Source of the DNA: the human T2T-CHM13v2.0 reference genome, Homo sapiens
DNA: 64,000 bases
Assembly (NCBI GenBank): GCA_009914755.4
Contig: CP086569.2
Coordinates: 640,001-704,000 of the forward strand
Direction: 5' to 3'
Shown: positions 1 to 22,039 of the stretch, one piece after another
Layout: every line of letters starts with the position of its first letter
How positions within the stretch are numbered: position 1 is the first letter of the stretch
The notes under the pieces: model-generated
Told to the model about the DNA's origin: nothing
What the model saw: the letters and a program-made list of their open reading frames with translations, nothing else
Databases searched by the model: none
Made by a program: the position numbers and the translations under genes

Positions 1-28
1 ATTATTATTATTATTATTATTATTATTA
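1..28. repeat. (ATT)n microsatellite, probably the expanded A-tail of the adjacent antisense Alu
   Basis: Perfect ATT x9 abutting the Alu 3' end, which lies at the left on this strand. Confidence 0.9.
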
Positions 29-300
29 AGACAGTGTATCTCTGTGTCTCCCAGGCTGGAATGCAGTGGCATGATCTCAGCTCACCGCAACCTCCTCCCC
101 TGAGGTTCAATTGATTCTCCTGCCTCAGCCTCCCGAGTAGCTGGGATTACAGGTGCACGCAACCAAGCCCAGCTAATTTTTGTATTTTTAGTAGAGACGG
201 GTTTTCACCATGTTGTCCAGGCTGGTCTTGAACTCCTGACCTCAGATGATCCACGCACCTCGGCCTCCCAAAGTGCTGGCATGACAGGTGTGAGCCAGCA
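29..300 (-). mobile_element. Alu SINE, full length, antisense
   Basis: Reverse complement of the Alu consensus (cccaggctggaatgcagtgg ... ggtgtgagccagc). Confidence 0.95.
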
Positions 301-628
301 AACCCTGCCCTTCTCTTCCTTTCTTTGCTTCAGGACTTATTGACAAATACAGCCACAGGGATCAAACACACGGGGAAAAGCATCCTTATTTTTTTCTTCT
401 TTCCCCAACGGATAAAGGTACTGATCCTCTCAGATCTGGATCTGAGAGCAGTTAAGCCTCCTCGTTAGTTCTCTTAAGTTGAACTTGCTCTCCTTCTAAT
501 GAGGAACAAGGAGGGGTGAAAACGGTGGACATTCCCCTTGTCGGGGAGACCTGACCCATTCAGCTTCCTCTGAGCAGGCCGGTTGTCCCAAAGACAGACC
601 CCCAGAGGGTCTAACCCACGTTCTCTGA

Positions 629-1356
<728 letters not shown>

Positions 1357-1410
1357 AACAGTGGGAGTTTTCTTTACTTCACTTCTTTTTTGCATGGAGA
1401 GGCTTATAAT

Positions 1411-1495
1411 TGGATACACTTGGGGCTTATAACTGGATACACTTGCAGCTTATAACTCCATACACTTGCGGCTTATCACTCGATATAGTTATCTT
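1411..1495. repeat. 21-22-bp tandem repeat x4 (ggcttataaytggatacacttg)
   Basis: Four degenerate head-to-tail copies read directly. Confidence 0.85.
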
Positions 1496-1547
1496 CCAGC
1501 ACATGGACTCCGCATCACACAGGGATATGGCTGCAACACAGCAGCTA

Positions 1548-2066
<519 letters not shown>

Positions 2067-2560
2067 TCACAAGCTATGCCATTTCCACAGTGAAAACAGG
2101 GAGGGGTCTGGAGTGCTGAAAACTTCCATGCCTTCCTTCAGTGCTAGGTGGTCCGGCTGCCCTAACATCACCCAGCTAGCAAGGTGTGCTGCCTGCTTTC
2201 AGCTCAAGTCTGCAAGCCACACCAGGCCTGTGCATTTGTGAGTGAACACAAGACATTAGCTTAGTTCACCCCTGAATACGGTGCAAGCACCTGCTCGTAC
2301 AAACGCAGTATAGTACTGATGGCTTCAAATGATCTATTATCTATTAGACTTATCTACTGATGGTTATCTATCCACTGAGACTGGCGTTTCAGGAATATCC
2401 ACTCAACCAGCTGTAGCCAAGGGGCCCACGGTGACTGCTCACTGCCTGCATTGACTGTGACCCAAGCCTGCTCTCCAACATTCCTGGGACTCACTTTCCC
2501 CAACTGTGGAGGAGAAGAGGATTTAACCTGCAGGGTGGTTATGAGAATGTAACACTTTTA

Positions 2561-3019
<459 letters not shown>

Positions 3020-3126
3020 TCATCTTGAGTGAGGGCTCGGAAAATGAGGCTGAGGCTTGCTGGCTGCATTCCCAGAAAGTTAAACATTCCTAGCCTCTAT
3101 GTATTTATGGTTAAGAGAACAAATTA

Positions 3127-3457
<331 letters not shown>

Positions 3458-3583
3458 TTACTAAATAGACCCCGACTTGGGACTATCCAGCTATCTCAAT
3501 ATCTGAAGAATGAAGGTATTCCTGATTTTGCTTTAAAGATAATGATATTGATTCTTGCAACATATAGTAATTAAGAACATTAA

Positions 3584-4353
<770 letters not shown>

Positions 4354-5121
4354 CCAATTTACTTTCTTAATAAAGTTCCTTTAATTTGCATTACGGGCTT
4401 TCCCTGAAGTCTTTCTTGCACAAGATCCAAGAACCTTCTCTTGCCGTCTGGATCGGGACGCTTTTCCTGTAACAATAGGGCCGAACACGCTAAGAGGGGA
4501 AAGGTGGAGAGATGAGGCTTCCGTATGGGCACTGAGATGGGTCTTCAGCGTCGGGGAGCGGAGAACGGTTGGGGTCTGAACTACAGTGTCTGCCCACCTC
4601 CCCATGAGGAGCTCCAAAGACAAGCTGAACCCCTAAGCTAGTACCAGCCCCAAACTCTGAAGGCCGTTCGTATATTCCCTTTATCCACCGGAGGTCCAGG
4701 TGGAAGCAGAAAACAGAAAATATTGTCCTTTGTGGCCCGAAGGGAAGATGCCGAGGCCCCGTGACTCTGCTGAGCAGGGGAACCCCTCACCAGGACTCAT
4801 CCCCACAGCCGTTTACAAGTCCTCGTTCCCCCAGACCCCCCAGTCCCTCCTGCAACTCAACCTGACCCGCACTCACTCAATGCTGCGGATCAAGCCTTCT
4901 GGGCCTTTTGTTTGCTTTTCCACACACAGTCTGAGCTGCTCAATTAAAGCATAAAAACCATTAGTGAGCCGGGGAGGCCCCTGGGGAGGCTCAGCCAGTG
5001 AACTCCCTGGCCTGTTTCCCCAAGGCAAGCCGAGTGGGCCTCCATCTGTCAGCACTGAGAGGTGGCCGCCACACCTCCAAAACCTCCAAACGGCTTCCCG
5101 GGGGACTGAGGGAAGAGATAA

Positions 5122-5754
<633 letters not shown>

Positions 5755-6030
5755 TGAAATACTGGCACGTAGAATGCCAGAGATGAGGAGGATTCTAGGT
5801 AGGACAACAGCAACCTTCGCTCCCGGACAACAGGTAGCAACATCGTCCTCATATCCCTGGCCCTCTTATCGTCACCTTCCCTTCCACGCCTCCCTCGGGA
5901 GCGATTGTATCTATTGTCTCCCAGCCCCGATGATGGATGCTCAGGGCACTCATCTCTCTGAGTGATCAGTATTTTCCGTGTTCTTCTCAGAGTCTCTGAC
6001 ACTGTGGGCCGGGCCCTGGCTACAGCTGAC

Positions 6031-6032
<2 letters not shown>

Positions 6033-6067
<35 letters not shown>

Positions 6068-6090
6068 TGTGTGTGTGTGTGGGGGGGGGG
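6033..6090. repeat. (GT)n microsatellite followed by a G10 run
   Basis: gtgtgtgt... then gggggggggg. Confidence 0.95.
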
Positions 6091-7029
6091 TTCATTTACA
6101 TTTCAATCTTCACCTCATGAATGTAAAAGCTCAGCCGGCAAATTAATAACAGGGTGATGAGGACGCCTCCCTGCACTGGGAAGGGGGGCACCACCTCCCC
6201 TCGTTTCCAACCCCTAGAAGCCGACAGCCCCTTCCTGGCCATTGTGTTCGGCAGCCGTCTCATTTACCGGCCCGCGGTGAATGACATTACAGAGAAAGGC
6301 ATATCCAGAGTGACACAAATGTATTTCTGTCCCAAGCAAGGCAGTCTATTTTCATAGAATCAAGGGGCTATTTGTCTGGGGACGATTTAGTTTCCATGAA
6401 AAATTAAAATGGTTTTCTGTGCTGCTATAGGGTGGCGAAATTTAATTTGTCACTCGTTTACTAAAGCAGGTATAAAAAGGAGAAGAATTGGATGTCTGAT
6501 GGGCTGAAATTGGCGACGTCCCTCGGTTTGGTCTCCCAAGGCCTGGGGACGCAGAGGCCTGTCCCGGCCACCCCCAACGCCCCCCTCTCCCCACCCTCGG
6601 AGGACCTGGTCATCTTAAACCAACTTACAGAAAACCTTTGGGGAGGCTGTGCCAATCACCCGGAAAACCACGTTCCTATCGATCCCCTGTCTGCGTGATT
6701 TATGGCTTCATTTTACGGTAATTGAGAATTAGTGAGGAGATGAGCAGGACTGCACGTGGTGACACGGGGTCCACATCTCATTGAATTGCGGGATGACGTG
6801 GAAATTAATGTGACACACGGGAGATGTGGAACAGGGGGCCGTGTGTCTCCAGCATCACACGGGCGTCCCCGGTCACCAGCACCCCCTCCCCGGTCTGCCT
6901 TCGAAGGCAGGATGAGGATGATTGATCCGAATCGGTTTCAATCCGTCTCAACTGCAGCCCGGCCGATGGACGGGACACTCACAATTGGATTGAGCCTCCT
7001 ACGAACAAAGTTCATCGACAGCCACCCGC

Positions 7030-7155
7030 AGGTCAATGGCTGCAGCTCACCAGCGTGGCACACGTATACGTATGTAACTAACCTGCACAATGTGCACATG
7101 TACCCTAAAACTTAAAGTATAATCATAATAAAATAAAATAAAGGAAAAAAAATAG
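7030..7155 (+). mobile_element. L1 LINE 3'-terminal fragment (~120 bp) with A-rich tail
   Basis: cgtatacgtatgtaactaacctgcacaatgtgcacatgtaccctaaaacttaaagtataat matches the L1 3' end. Confidence 0.8.
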
Positions 7156-7783
7156 GAGGTCTCGTGTCATCCGACCGCCTCAAAATGAAGTTTTGAAAAT
7201 CTACGTCTTGCAGCCGACATGCCAAATCTCTAAAGCCAACCAACAGTGGCAAAGTCGAATTACAGATGGACTCTGCTGGGCTGTTTACAGGATAATCGGC
7301 TGCTCTGATCGTGAATAAAGGTGCTAACTACTCCCCACTGTGCAGAGAGAAAAAGGTTCTAACTACCCCCACCCTACAGAGAGAAATGTCTGCGTCCCGT
7401 AAGGGCAGGAGGGGTGACAGAGGAGATCTGGGAAGCTCTAGGGGTGAAAAGAGGCTTATGTCTGGCCTCAGCCATCTCTCCAAAGCCTTACAGAGGCCTC
7501 CTCTGCAGATTTGCACACCTAAAGCTCGGCGGGGTTTCAAGACCGTTAAGAATCTCTTTTGCATTTGAACAGGGACGTAGGTGTGAACGTAGAGTGTCCA
7601 GCAGAAAAAAAAACAAACAAACAAAAAAAAAAAAAAAACGGAGCTGTGGAAAGTTCCGGAGAAGCTCACAGTGTAACAGTGGGAAATTCTTCACCTTCTG
7701 GTGCTCGGCAAATTGTTTGACAACATCTGGGTAGAAAATGGAGAGCAGAGTCTGTGAACGCTCCCCTCAAGAAAACCCGCTCA

Positions 7784-8267
<484 letters not shown>

Positions 8268-8271
8268 CTAA

Positions 8272-8679
<408 letters not shown>

Positions 8680-8708
8680 TCCTACACACTTCTTATGATA
8701 GGAGCTGA

Positions 8709-9031
<323 letters not shown>

Positions 9032-9464
9032 GTCCTACACACTTCTTATGATGGGAGCTGATGTGTACAAGGGCTTCCAAGGTGTTTTCCTGTGTTTTTT
9101 TGAGGCACAGTCTCACTCTGTCATCCAGGCTGGAACCCAGTGGTGCCAACCAGGCATGACTGAGGCATTAAACAGAAGGAAAACCTGTCCCTTGCACCAG
9201 TAACGTGATTTGCAAAATCCGATCAGCTATGTGCCTATCGCATACGTGGGTCTCTTATCACATTGGCGGGGACCACAAGCCCTAATGCAATGCAGGAGGT
9301 GCGCTAACGAGACAGGGGAGTCGCTAACGCAATGATCCCGCAGTCAGGGCGAGGCGAGGGGCTGCCCGTCGTGGCCAGAGGTTCCCGGAATAAATTAGCC
9401 AAGCGGAGTTGCTGAGTGCGGGAGGAGGATGAATTAGAAGTCCGACGCTGTGTGGGGAAAATAG

Positions 9465-9689
<225 letters not shown>

Positions 9690-9811
9690 TAATTCTTCAC
9701 AACGCGTTATTCCAGGTCAAAGGTAGTCCCACCCCCAGCTAAATCTCCATGGGTAGAAACTGAAATGTCTTCCTTTGGAAAAAGCAGCTAAGCCAGCAGA
9801 ACTCTGATCAT

Positions 9812-10335
9812 TGGCTGTGGTGGTAGCTTGACTATGTCCCCCGAAAGAGACAGGATCATAAGGTCAGGAGTTCGAGACCAGCCTGGCCAACATGGTGAAA
9901 CCCCGTCTCTACTAAAAATATAAAAAATTAGCCGGACACGGGCTGTTTTAACCTGTGCTACCTATGAGTGGGACTTTATTTGGAAATAAGGTTTCTGCAG
10001 TTGGAATTAAGTGGGGGAATTTGAGATGAGATCATCCTGCATTAGGGGGACCCTAAACCCAATGAGGAATGTCCTTCTAAGAGACAGAAGAGGAAACACA
10101 GACACAGAGGAGAAGGCCACGTAGAGACGGAGGCAGAGACTGCAGTGAGGCGGCCACAAGCCCAGGGATGCCTGGAGCCCCCAGGAGCTGGGAGAGTTAG
10201 GAAGGACCCTCCCCTACAGCCTCCAGAGGGAACACGGCCCTGAGACACCTTCTTCTCAGACTGCTGGATGCCAGGACTGGGACAGGAAAAATTCTTGTTG
10301 TAAAAGCTTCTGGGTTTGGGGTCATTTGTGTGGCA
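9812..10335 (+). mobile_element. MaLR LTR (MLT1-like) solo LTR with an ~90-bp Alu fragment nested at 9854-9942
   Basis: ttatttggaaataaggtttctgcag ... cctaaacccaatgaggaatgtccttctaagagacagaagaggaaacacagacacagaggagaaggccacgtagagacggaggcagagactgcagtga ... matches the MLT1 LTR consensus pattern from memory. Confidence 0.7.
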
Positions 10336-10492
10336 GACGTAGGATGTCAGTCACCAGGAGATCACGGATCAAAGCCGAGAAACACTGGGATGAGGGCCCT
10401 AGGTTATCCACAGGGGCCTCGATGAATGAGTTGGATGTTTCCTCATGTGTAGCAGTGCACAGAAGGGCAGGAGGAACTGGGTACCAGGCTGA

Positions 10493-10848
<356 letters not shown>

Positions 10849-11892
10849 CAGTGTGTTTCTGTTAAGACACGCGAAGCCGTGGTTCTCCCCTGGGCTCCGT
10901 CCTCTTGCTTTTGCTTTTTGAGTTCTCCAGTAATACGAGTACCCTTTACTTTTTGTATCCCATTTTTTATCTATTTTTTTCTCTCTTTTGGGTGTCTGCA
11001 ACAACCTGGCTGGCTCGGCTCTCGGCTCTGCAAGACAAATGTTCAGCTTCCTCGCCAGAAAAGAAAAAAGAAAAAAAAAATTCTGGACGGCGTTTCTTGC
11101 CTTAAATAAAAAACCGCTTATTCACCTCAATGTGGGAGAAAGCTATGATTATCACACCTATATTTCGGGCCCAGGGTAAGCCGAGAATGTCTCTCTAGAA
11201 TCCCATAAATCCAACCCTGAAAGGATGAATTCCTCAAACATGAAATTGGGTCCTCACCTGCTTTTCATTATAGGTTTTCAAGAAGTAAATGGTGTTTCCG
11301 TTTGTTATTTATATGCTCGTGGAGTGTAATGGTTGTAATGATTAATACTGAATTTCTGAAATTATTCTAAAAAGACACTTCATAAATATTGAACAGAGCT
11401 ATTATCCGCATGTATCTCCATTTATTTTATTAAAATGGAAATTCAGCAATCATCAATAAAAGCATACTGTGTATTTTGAGAGGGCCCTGGGGAATGGAGT
11501 AGAATACAGAATTTTTTTTTTTTTAAACTTCACTACCCTCTCTTCTCTTTCACAGCTGCATTTGAACCCAGTACAATAACTCTGATGATTTCAGGGGAAT
11601 GTCCCCTTTGGTGGTTTTAGGGGACTGTCCCCAAGGGTTATGTCGACGAATCCGGGAAAAATTTGATCAATAACTGGATGTGAACAGGGATATTCAGAAC
11701 GAGCCCTGTTTGGACTTGAATTTTCCAACAGGGCAGAAGCATTTGCAAATATTGATAACATACGTTTCCAATCAGACCTGAATTTTGGATATTTTACTTG
11801 GAAGACTTCTCTGGAAGTTTGGAGGTCTTCAAAGACAAAATCTTGCTAATCCTCTCACTGGGGCTGAGACAGAGGACAGGATTTCTTTCAGC

Positions 11893-12584
<692 letters not shown>

Positions 12585-12972
12585 TAAACCATGATGGGAG
12601 TCCCTGGGAATCCAGAGTTCTGATCTAGAATAACTCAGGGACCCCACTCCCCAGTTTGTAAAGTAGGGAGTTACAGGGCAGTCTTGGGGTGAATGAGGTT
12701 CAAATGCCTTGTGTAAATTAAAAGGTTAGAGGCGGAGATAACGTTGGCCTCTGGAAACCCTAGCGGGGACAGAGGTGCACCTGGGCTGGACCAACAGACA
12801 CAGAAATTGTTGCAAAGATGGAAACCATTGCCAATGCTGGTTTGATGGGATTAGGGAAAGCCTCATATATCTGACATCTTTCCTTCTTCAGTTTTCACAC
12901 AGAAAATCAGAGAAAGGGAAATGCCTGCACACACAAAAAGGGAAATTACTGCACCAAAAAAAAAAATTCTGT

Positions 12973-13007
<35 letters not shown>

Positions 13008-13019
13008 CACACACACACA
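12973..13019. repeat. (CA)n microsatellite
   Basis: acacacac... read directly. Confidence 0.95.
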
Positions 13020-13151
13020 ATTCCCTGGAGAATTTCAGGAATAAAGCCAATCACCATTTATGGGGACAATGGAGAGACACCAGAAAGAAAACTATATACC
13101 TTTAAAAGTAATTTTTTTTCCAGGTACAACAGGACTTAAAACAAGTAATGA

Positions 13152-13462
<311 letters not shown>

Positions 13463-13504
13463 CACAACTACCAACACTTTTAAGGTTAAACAGTAAAAGC
13501 TATT

Positions 13505-13518
13505 CTGTCTCTCTCTCC

Positions 13519-13576
<58 letters not shown>

Positions 13577-13940
13577 ACACATACATACATATATATACAT
13601 ATATACAAATATACATATATACATATATACATATATACACATATACACATATATACACATATATACACATATATACATATATACACATATATACACATAT
13701 ATACGTATATACACATATATACGTATATACACGTATATACATATATACATATATACATATATACACGTATATACATATATACATATATACACGTATATAC
13801 ATATATACATATATACACGTATATACATATATACGTATATACTCATATATACATATATACGTATATATACATATATACACATATATATACATATATACGT
13901 ATACATACACATATACATACATATGTATACATATATACGT
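13505..13940. repeat. Compound (AT)n(CA)n(ATATAC)n microsatellite, ~435 bp
   Basis: atatatat...acacacac...atatatacatatatac... The ORF track translates it as YIYIY. Confidence 0.95.
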
Positions 13941-14269
13941 ATACTGGGGGAAGGGGAGAATTGGGCATAGCCCCAGACCAGAGGGTTTTATTGAGTCTGA
14001 AAATCAATAAATACAGTGTATGGGCTGCAGACAGGATGAGTTATTAGAATATCATGGAGATCACCTGTAAAGATTCTCCGGCAAGCTGGAAATGAGATTA
14101 CAGGAACTGGGACAGACCCTGGATGCAGAGGTCTCATTAGCAATCCATGCGTACATTAATTAAGGTAAGCAGTGCCTTTGCTTCCTGAAAACCTGCCTTC
14201 CTTGATATTTTCCTCGAAGACGCTACAAGTTTTGGAGGGCACTAACCTCTCCTCTTATATGTCGATTGC

Positions 14270-14576
14270 TTTTTTTTTTCTTTTTTTTTTTTTTGAGACC
14301 ACGTCCTTCTCTGTCACCCAGGCTGGAATGCACTGGCGCAAGCTCAGGTCACGACAACATCCTCCTCCAGGGTTCAAGTGATTCTCCTGCTTCAGCCTCC
14401 CAAGTAGCTGGGATTATAGGCACCTGCCAACACGCTTGGCTGACTTTTGTACTTTTAGTAGAGACGGGGTTTCACCATGTTGGTCAGGCTGGTCTTGAAC
14501 TCCTGACTTGAAGTGATCTACCTGCCCTCCATCTTTCAAAGTGTTGGGATTACAGACATGAGCCACCGCACCCAGT
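14270..14576 (-). mobile_element. Alu, antisense
   Basis: T-run gagaccacgtccttctctgtcacccaggctggaatgcactggcgc ... agacatgagccaccgcacccag. Confidence 0.9.
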
Positions 14577-14666
14577 CCCAACTGCTTTTTAAAAATTGAA
14601 AAAATTGAATGTTTATTGACATGCCAATTTTTTTCAATCTGTTTTAAAAATAATATATCCTAAATG

Positions 14667-14917
<251 letters not shown>

Positions 14918-15079
14918 TCAGAACGTTCTCATCACCCCAAATGGAGACCCTGTACCCGCAAAGCAGTGACTCCCCGTGCCCCATCCCCCAGCCCCTGTGG
15001 CAACCACGAATCCACTTTCTGTCTTTGTCGGTTTACCTTTTGTACACATTTCATGTAAATGGACTCATATAATGGGTGA

Positions 15080-15721
<642 letters not shown>

Positions 15722-16544
15722 TGAGATAAAATATTTTGTATCTGGCTTTTTTTCACTGACCATGATCTCTTCAAGGTTCATCCATGCTGTAGCCTGTGTC
15801 AGAGCCTCATTCCTTTTCATGGCTGTATAATATTCCACAGTGTGGTTGGAGCACATTCTGTTTCTCTGTTTGTCAGCTGAGGACCATGGCTATTTCCACC
15901 TTTTGGCTATTGTGAGTAACACTGCTGTGAACATGTATGTACATGTTTTGGTTAAATATCTCTGTTTTCATTCCTTTTGGGTAGCTGTTGAGAAGTAGAA
16001 TGGCTGGGCTGTATGGGAATTTGACGTTTGACTTTTTTCATTCTTTGATGAACCAATAGCTAGAGTTTTGCTTGCTGCACTGACAAGACAAGCAAGATAT
16101 ACAACTCATATTGGTCTATACTTCATCCACGCATTCCCAGGCCATTTCCCTGAAAGTGGTGTCCAGAACTGGGGGCAGGAAGAGCTGACCAAGTGAGCAA
16201 ATGACCAGAAAGGGCTGGAGGGCAAGGATGGTGACCAGGGCCGCTGTCGCAGCAGGTGCAGTGAGTTTACCAAGCATCTAGTCCAGCTTCTCATTTCATA
16301 GACGGGGAAGCCGAGGGACTCTGAAAAAGGATAGAGCCTCACTAGGAATGGCTGGCCGAGGACTTCCCTGGATATAGACTTCAGAATGGCTGGCCTGGGA
16401 AGTCCTGGGATATGCACCTTTGTCATGCAGCTGGAAAAGATGTGCGGGGATGGAATGTTAGTGTAAACACTGAGGGATGATGGGAGTATGGGCATGAAGG
16501 TCGAAGCTCAGATACATTGATAATATATAGGTCAATGATAGTTA

Positions 16545-17314
<770 letters not shown>

Positions 17315-17350
17315 CTAGATGATTGATGAATTTGTACATAGATAGATGAT

Positions 17351-17905
<555 letters not shown>

Positions 17906-17995
17906 AACGAACAAAATATTCCATCCCATACCAAGGTTATCCAAACTTGACTTCTGGCAAATTGAGTGTTTTCTGTTACTTACCTAGTATCAACA

Positions 17996-18106
17996 TTTCT
18001 TTCTTTCCTTCTTTCTTTCTTTCTTTCCTCCTTTCTTTCTTTCTTTCCTCTCTTTCTTTCTTCATTTCTCTCTCTTCTTTCTCTTTCTTCATTTCTCTCT
18101 CTTCTT

Positions 18107-18139
<33 letters not shown>

Positions 18140-18170
18140 CCCTTTCTTTCTTTCTTTTTTCTTTTTTTTT
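17996..18170. repeat. Polypyrimidine (CTTT)n/(TCTC)n repeat
   Basis: ctttctttccttctttc... read directly. Confidence 0.95.
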
Positions 18171-18434
18171 GAGATGGAGTTTTGCTCTTGTTGCCCAGGC
18201 TGGAGTGCAGTGGTGCCATCTTAGCTCACTGCAACCTCCACCTCCCAGGTCAAGCGATTCTCCTGCCTCCCAGGTAGCTGGGATTACAGGCGCCCACCAC
18301 CATGCCCGGCTGTTTTTTTGTATTTTTAGTTGGGACTGGGTTTCACCAAGTTGGCCAGGCTGGTCTCAAACTCCTGACCTCAGGTGATCCACCCACCTCG
18401 GCCTCCCAAAGTGCTGGGATGACAGGAGTGAGTC
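18163..18434 (-). mobile_element. Alu, antisense
   Basis: tttttttttgagatggagttttgctcttgttgcccaggctggagtgcagtggtgcc ... gctgggatgacaggagtgagtc. Confidence 0.9.
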
Positions 18435-18467
18435 AAAATATTTTTTCGTGTTGTGTGTTTTTGTTTG

Positions 18468-18960
<493 letters not shown>

Positions 18961-19344
18961 TAGGCATCTTTGCACTTCTAGGTGGCCTTCCTTCTGAGCA
19001 GGGGGTATCTGGCTGCCTGTGGCTTTTCTCCAGCAGGAAGGGGGGTATGTGCATTGGCAGACATCAATGAGCATGAGAGATATGAATAGGGCTGAGAACG
19101 GCAGACTCTGCCCTGGATGGTGGGAGATACTCGCCAGAGGTGGCATTTCTTCTTCTGAGTTGGTCAGCACGACATGCACCCGTGGCAGCCTCTGGGACAG
19201 TTTTCTGATCCATAACAAACTTAATGGACTTGGGTGGTCTCTAGGTTCTCTGGCTTCTGACGCTACATGAACTGATGTATTAGTCAGTTCTTCCATTGCT
19301 ACAGACAAATACCTGAGACTGAGTAATTTATAAAGAAGAGAGGT

Positions 19345-19627
19345 TGGCCAGGCACGGTAGCTCAAGCCTGTAATCCCAGCACTTTGGGAGGCTGAGGTGG
19401 GTGGATCACCTGAGGTCAAGGGTTCAAGACCAGCCTGGCCAACATGGTGAAACCCCATCTCTAGTAAACATACAAATAATTAGTTGGGCGTGATGGTGTG
19501 GGCCTGAAATCCCAGCTACTCAGGAGGGTGAGGCAGGAGAGTCACTTGAACCCAGGAGGTGGAAGTTACAGTCAGCTGACATAGCACCACTGCACTCCAG
19601 CATGGACAACAGAGTGAGACTCCATCT
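19345..19627 (+). mobile_element. Alu, sense, with its tail expanded into a purine-rich repeat
   Basis: ggccaggcacggtagctcaagcctgtaatcccagcactttgggaggctgaggtggg ... agagtgagactccatct. Confidence 0.95.
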
Positions 19628-19990
19628 AGGAAGAAAGCAAGAAGGCAAGAAAGCAAGAAAGCAAGCAAGCAAGCAGGAAAGAAAGAAAGGAAGAAAAAAA
19701 GAAAGAAAGGAAGAAAGCAAGCAAATAAGAAAGCAAGAAAGCAAGCAAGCAAGAAAGAAAGAAAAAGAAATTAAGAAAGCAAGCAAGTAAGAAAGAAAGC
19801 AAGCAAGAAAGAAAGAAAGTAAGAAAGCAAGCAAGTAATAAAGCAAGAAAGAAAGAAGGAAAAGAAAGAAAGTAAGAAAGCAAGCAAGCAAGCAAGACAG
19901 AAAGTTAGAAATTAAGAAAGCAAACAAGTAAGAAAGAAAGAAGGAAAGAAAGAAGAAAAGAAAGAAAACAAGTAAGAAAGCAAGCAAGTG

Positions 19991-20033
<43 letters not shown>

Positions 20034-20050
20034 AAAGAAAAGAAAAGAAA
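19628..20050. repeat. (GAAA)n/(GAAAGCAA)n purine-rich repeat, ~420 bp
   Basis: aggaagaaagcaagaaggcaagaaagcaagaaagcaagcaagc... The ORF track shows KKERK/FLSFF-type peptides. Confidence 0.95.
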
Positions 20051-20210
20051 GACAGACTTTCCATCTGATGCTACGCTCACTATTTAAGGGATGTGTTCCA
20101 TGGAAGCTCAAGCCTCCGCTTCAGACAATATATCCATATAACAATCCTGCACACGTGCCCCCGAATCTAAAATAAAAATGAAAAAAGAAACCACTTTCCA
20201 CGAGCTATTT

Positions 20211-20351
20211 CTTTTTTTTTTTTTTTTTTTTTGGATTTTTTAGTAGAGACGGGGTTTGGCCCTGTTGGCCAGGCTGGTCTCGAACTCCTGACTTCCGATG
20301 ATCCACCCACCTCAGCCTCCCAAAGTGCTGGGATTACAGGTGTGAGCCACC
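20211..20351 (-). mobile_element. Alu left-half (FLAM-like) fragment, antisense
   Basis: T22 ggattttttagtagagacggggtttggccctgttggccaggctggtctcgaactcctgacttccgatgatccacccacctcagcctcccaaagtgctgggattacaggtgtgagccaccgggcctggcc. Confidence 0.85.
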
Positions 20352-20374
20352 GGGCCTGGCCTTTTGTTTGTTTT

Positions 20375-20497
20375 GTGTTTTTTGAGATGGAGTCTCTTCT
20401 CTCACCCAGGCTGGAGGGCAGTGGCATGATCTTGGCTCACAGCAACCTCTGTCTCCTGGGTTCACGCGATTCTCCTGCCTCAGCCTCCCGAGTAGCT
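20375..20497 (-). mobile_element. Alu right-half fragment, antisense
   Basis: tttgagatggagtctcttctctcacccaggctggagggcagtggcatgatcttggctcacagcaacctctgtctcctgggttcacgcgattctcctgcctcagcctcccgagtagctg. Confidence 0.85.
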
Positions 20498-20748
20498 GTA
20501 AACTTTCACAACTGCGAATTTTTTCTCCTTCTCACTGTCCCCAGGGACAGTGTCCCAGGGAAGGGACAGCCCTTCCCAATTCGATCTCCCTTGTCAAGCC
20601 TGTTAGTGCCTCAACTTCCACTTTGAAAAGTCACGTCAACGCTGCCTGAATGTGCGGTTGTCCTTAAAAGACCGTTTGAATGAATTGTATTGTGTTTAGT
20701 GCAAGGACAAGGAGGATTGGGGTGGAAATGTGGAAGGGAAACCTCATC

Positions 20749-20750
<2 letters not shown>

Positions 20751-20800
<50 letters not shown>
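20751..20800. repeat. (TG)n microsatellite
   Basis: tgtgtgtg x25. Confidence 0.95.
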
Positions 20801-20801
<1 letters not shown>

Positions 20802-22039
20802 CATTAACGTGCTGCCACTCAAATGCACCTGTTTCCTCTCAAGGAAAGTCACTTTCAAGAAAGATGCGGTGGAAAGTCGTTTGTTTGTGATCACCGGCGT
20901 GTTGGAACACCGGGCTGGTGAAAGCAAATAATGCTGTTACCTCGTCGTCATACTGTCACTGGATACGTTTTCCTGGGGTGCAGGGAAGCTCCTTCTGATA
21001 TAATACAGGGTGAAGAGATTCCCCCAAGAAGCCGTTGTTTCGGAGTCGAAACAAAGAAAAGCTTTTGCAAAACCCCCTGTCTCTAATTTCGTTTTAGAAA
21101 ATTAGATACTCAGAATTTTGCCTAAGATAACTGTATTACCGGGATGCAATTTGCTGTAGGTTGCTAGCTTTCCTGCGCGGGATCCCTTAATAAAAAGTGT
21201 CAGTTAAAATGAAAATACAGCTTGGGTAATTAAATTTAATTGGATCTTGTCACTTTACATCCGCTTCGTTTTGGAGGGTTTCTACGGAATTGCAGCTACC
21301 CGGTTTGCTAATTTCTTGACGGCAAGCTGCTGAGGAGAAGCTGACCCTCCTCTAATCAACTGACACCCTGTTTTTGCCAGGACTCTGAACCCTGCTAGTG
21401 ACGATAAACAAAGAAAAGGGAAGGAAGGGCTTAGGGTAGGAAAAGAGGGGGATGGAGTTATCTGTGGGTGATTAACTTGTTCTCCCAGCGAGTGAGCTGC
21501 TATTGTTACCATTTGCAGGGGAGGAATCCCAGCTCTGAGAAAAGGCAGTGATTTTTCCTACCAGGACGGATTTCCATCCCTGCGATATAATATCCGCAGA
21601 TGTTTCTTCTAAACACTGTGAGCACCTACAGGGCAGCCACCCTTTACTCAGAGAGAGCCAATGCTCTTAATGCATGATGGTTCTGGAGGCCACGTCTCCC
21701 AAATCAGCCTCTCTGCGCTACCGTGAACGGGTGTGCAGGACTGAGTTCCTTCTGCAGGTTCCAGGAGACAATCTGTACTTTGGTGTTTTCTGGGTCCTAC
21801 AGGAAACCCACAACCCTTGGCTCCTGGCTACGCGTCTCCTCTCCTTCTTCCTCTTCTGTCTCCTAATCTCCGCCTGTCTTCATCACACAAGGACCCTTGG
21901 GATTCCATCGGCCCACGTGGATAATCCCAGGTCACCTGTCCATCTGCCCGTAACTGAATCACATCTGGAAGCACCTGTTGCTATGAGTGCTCACATGCTC
22001 GTAGCTTCTAAAGATTGGGACCTGGGTATCGTTGGAGGT

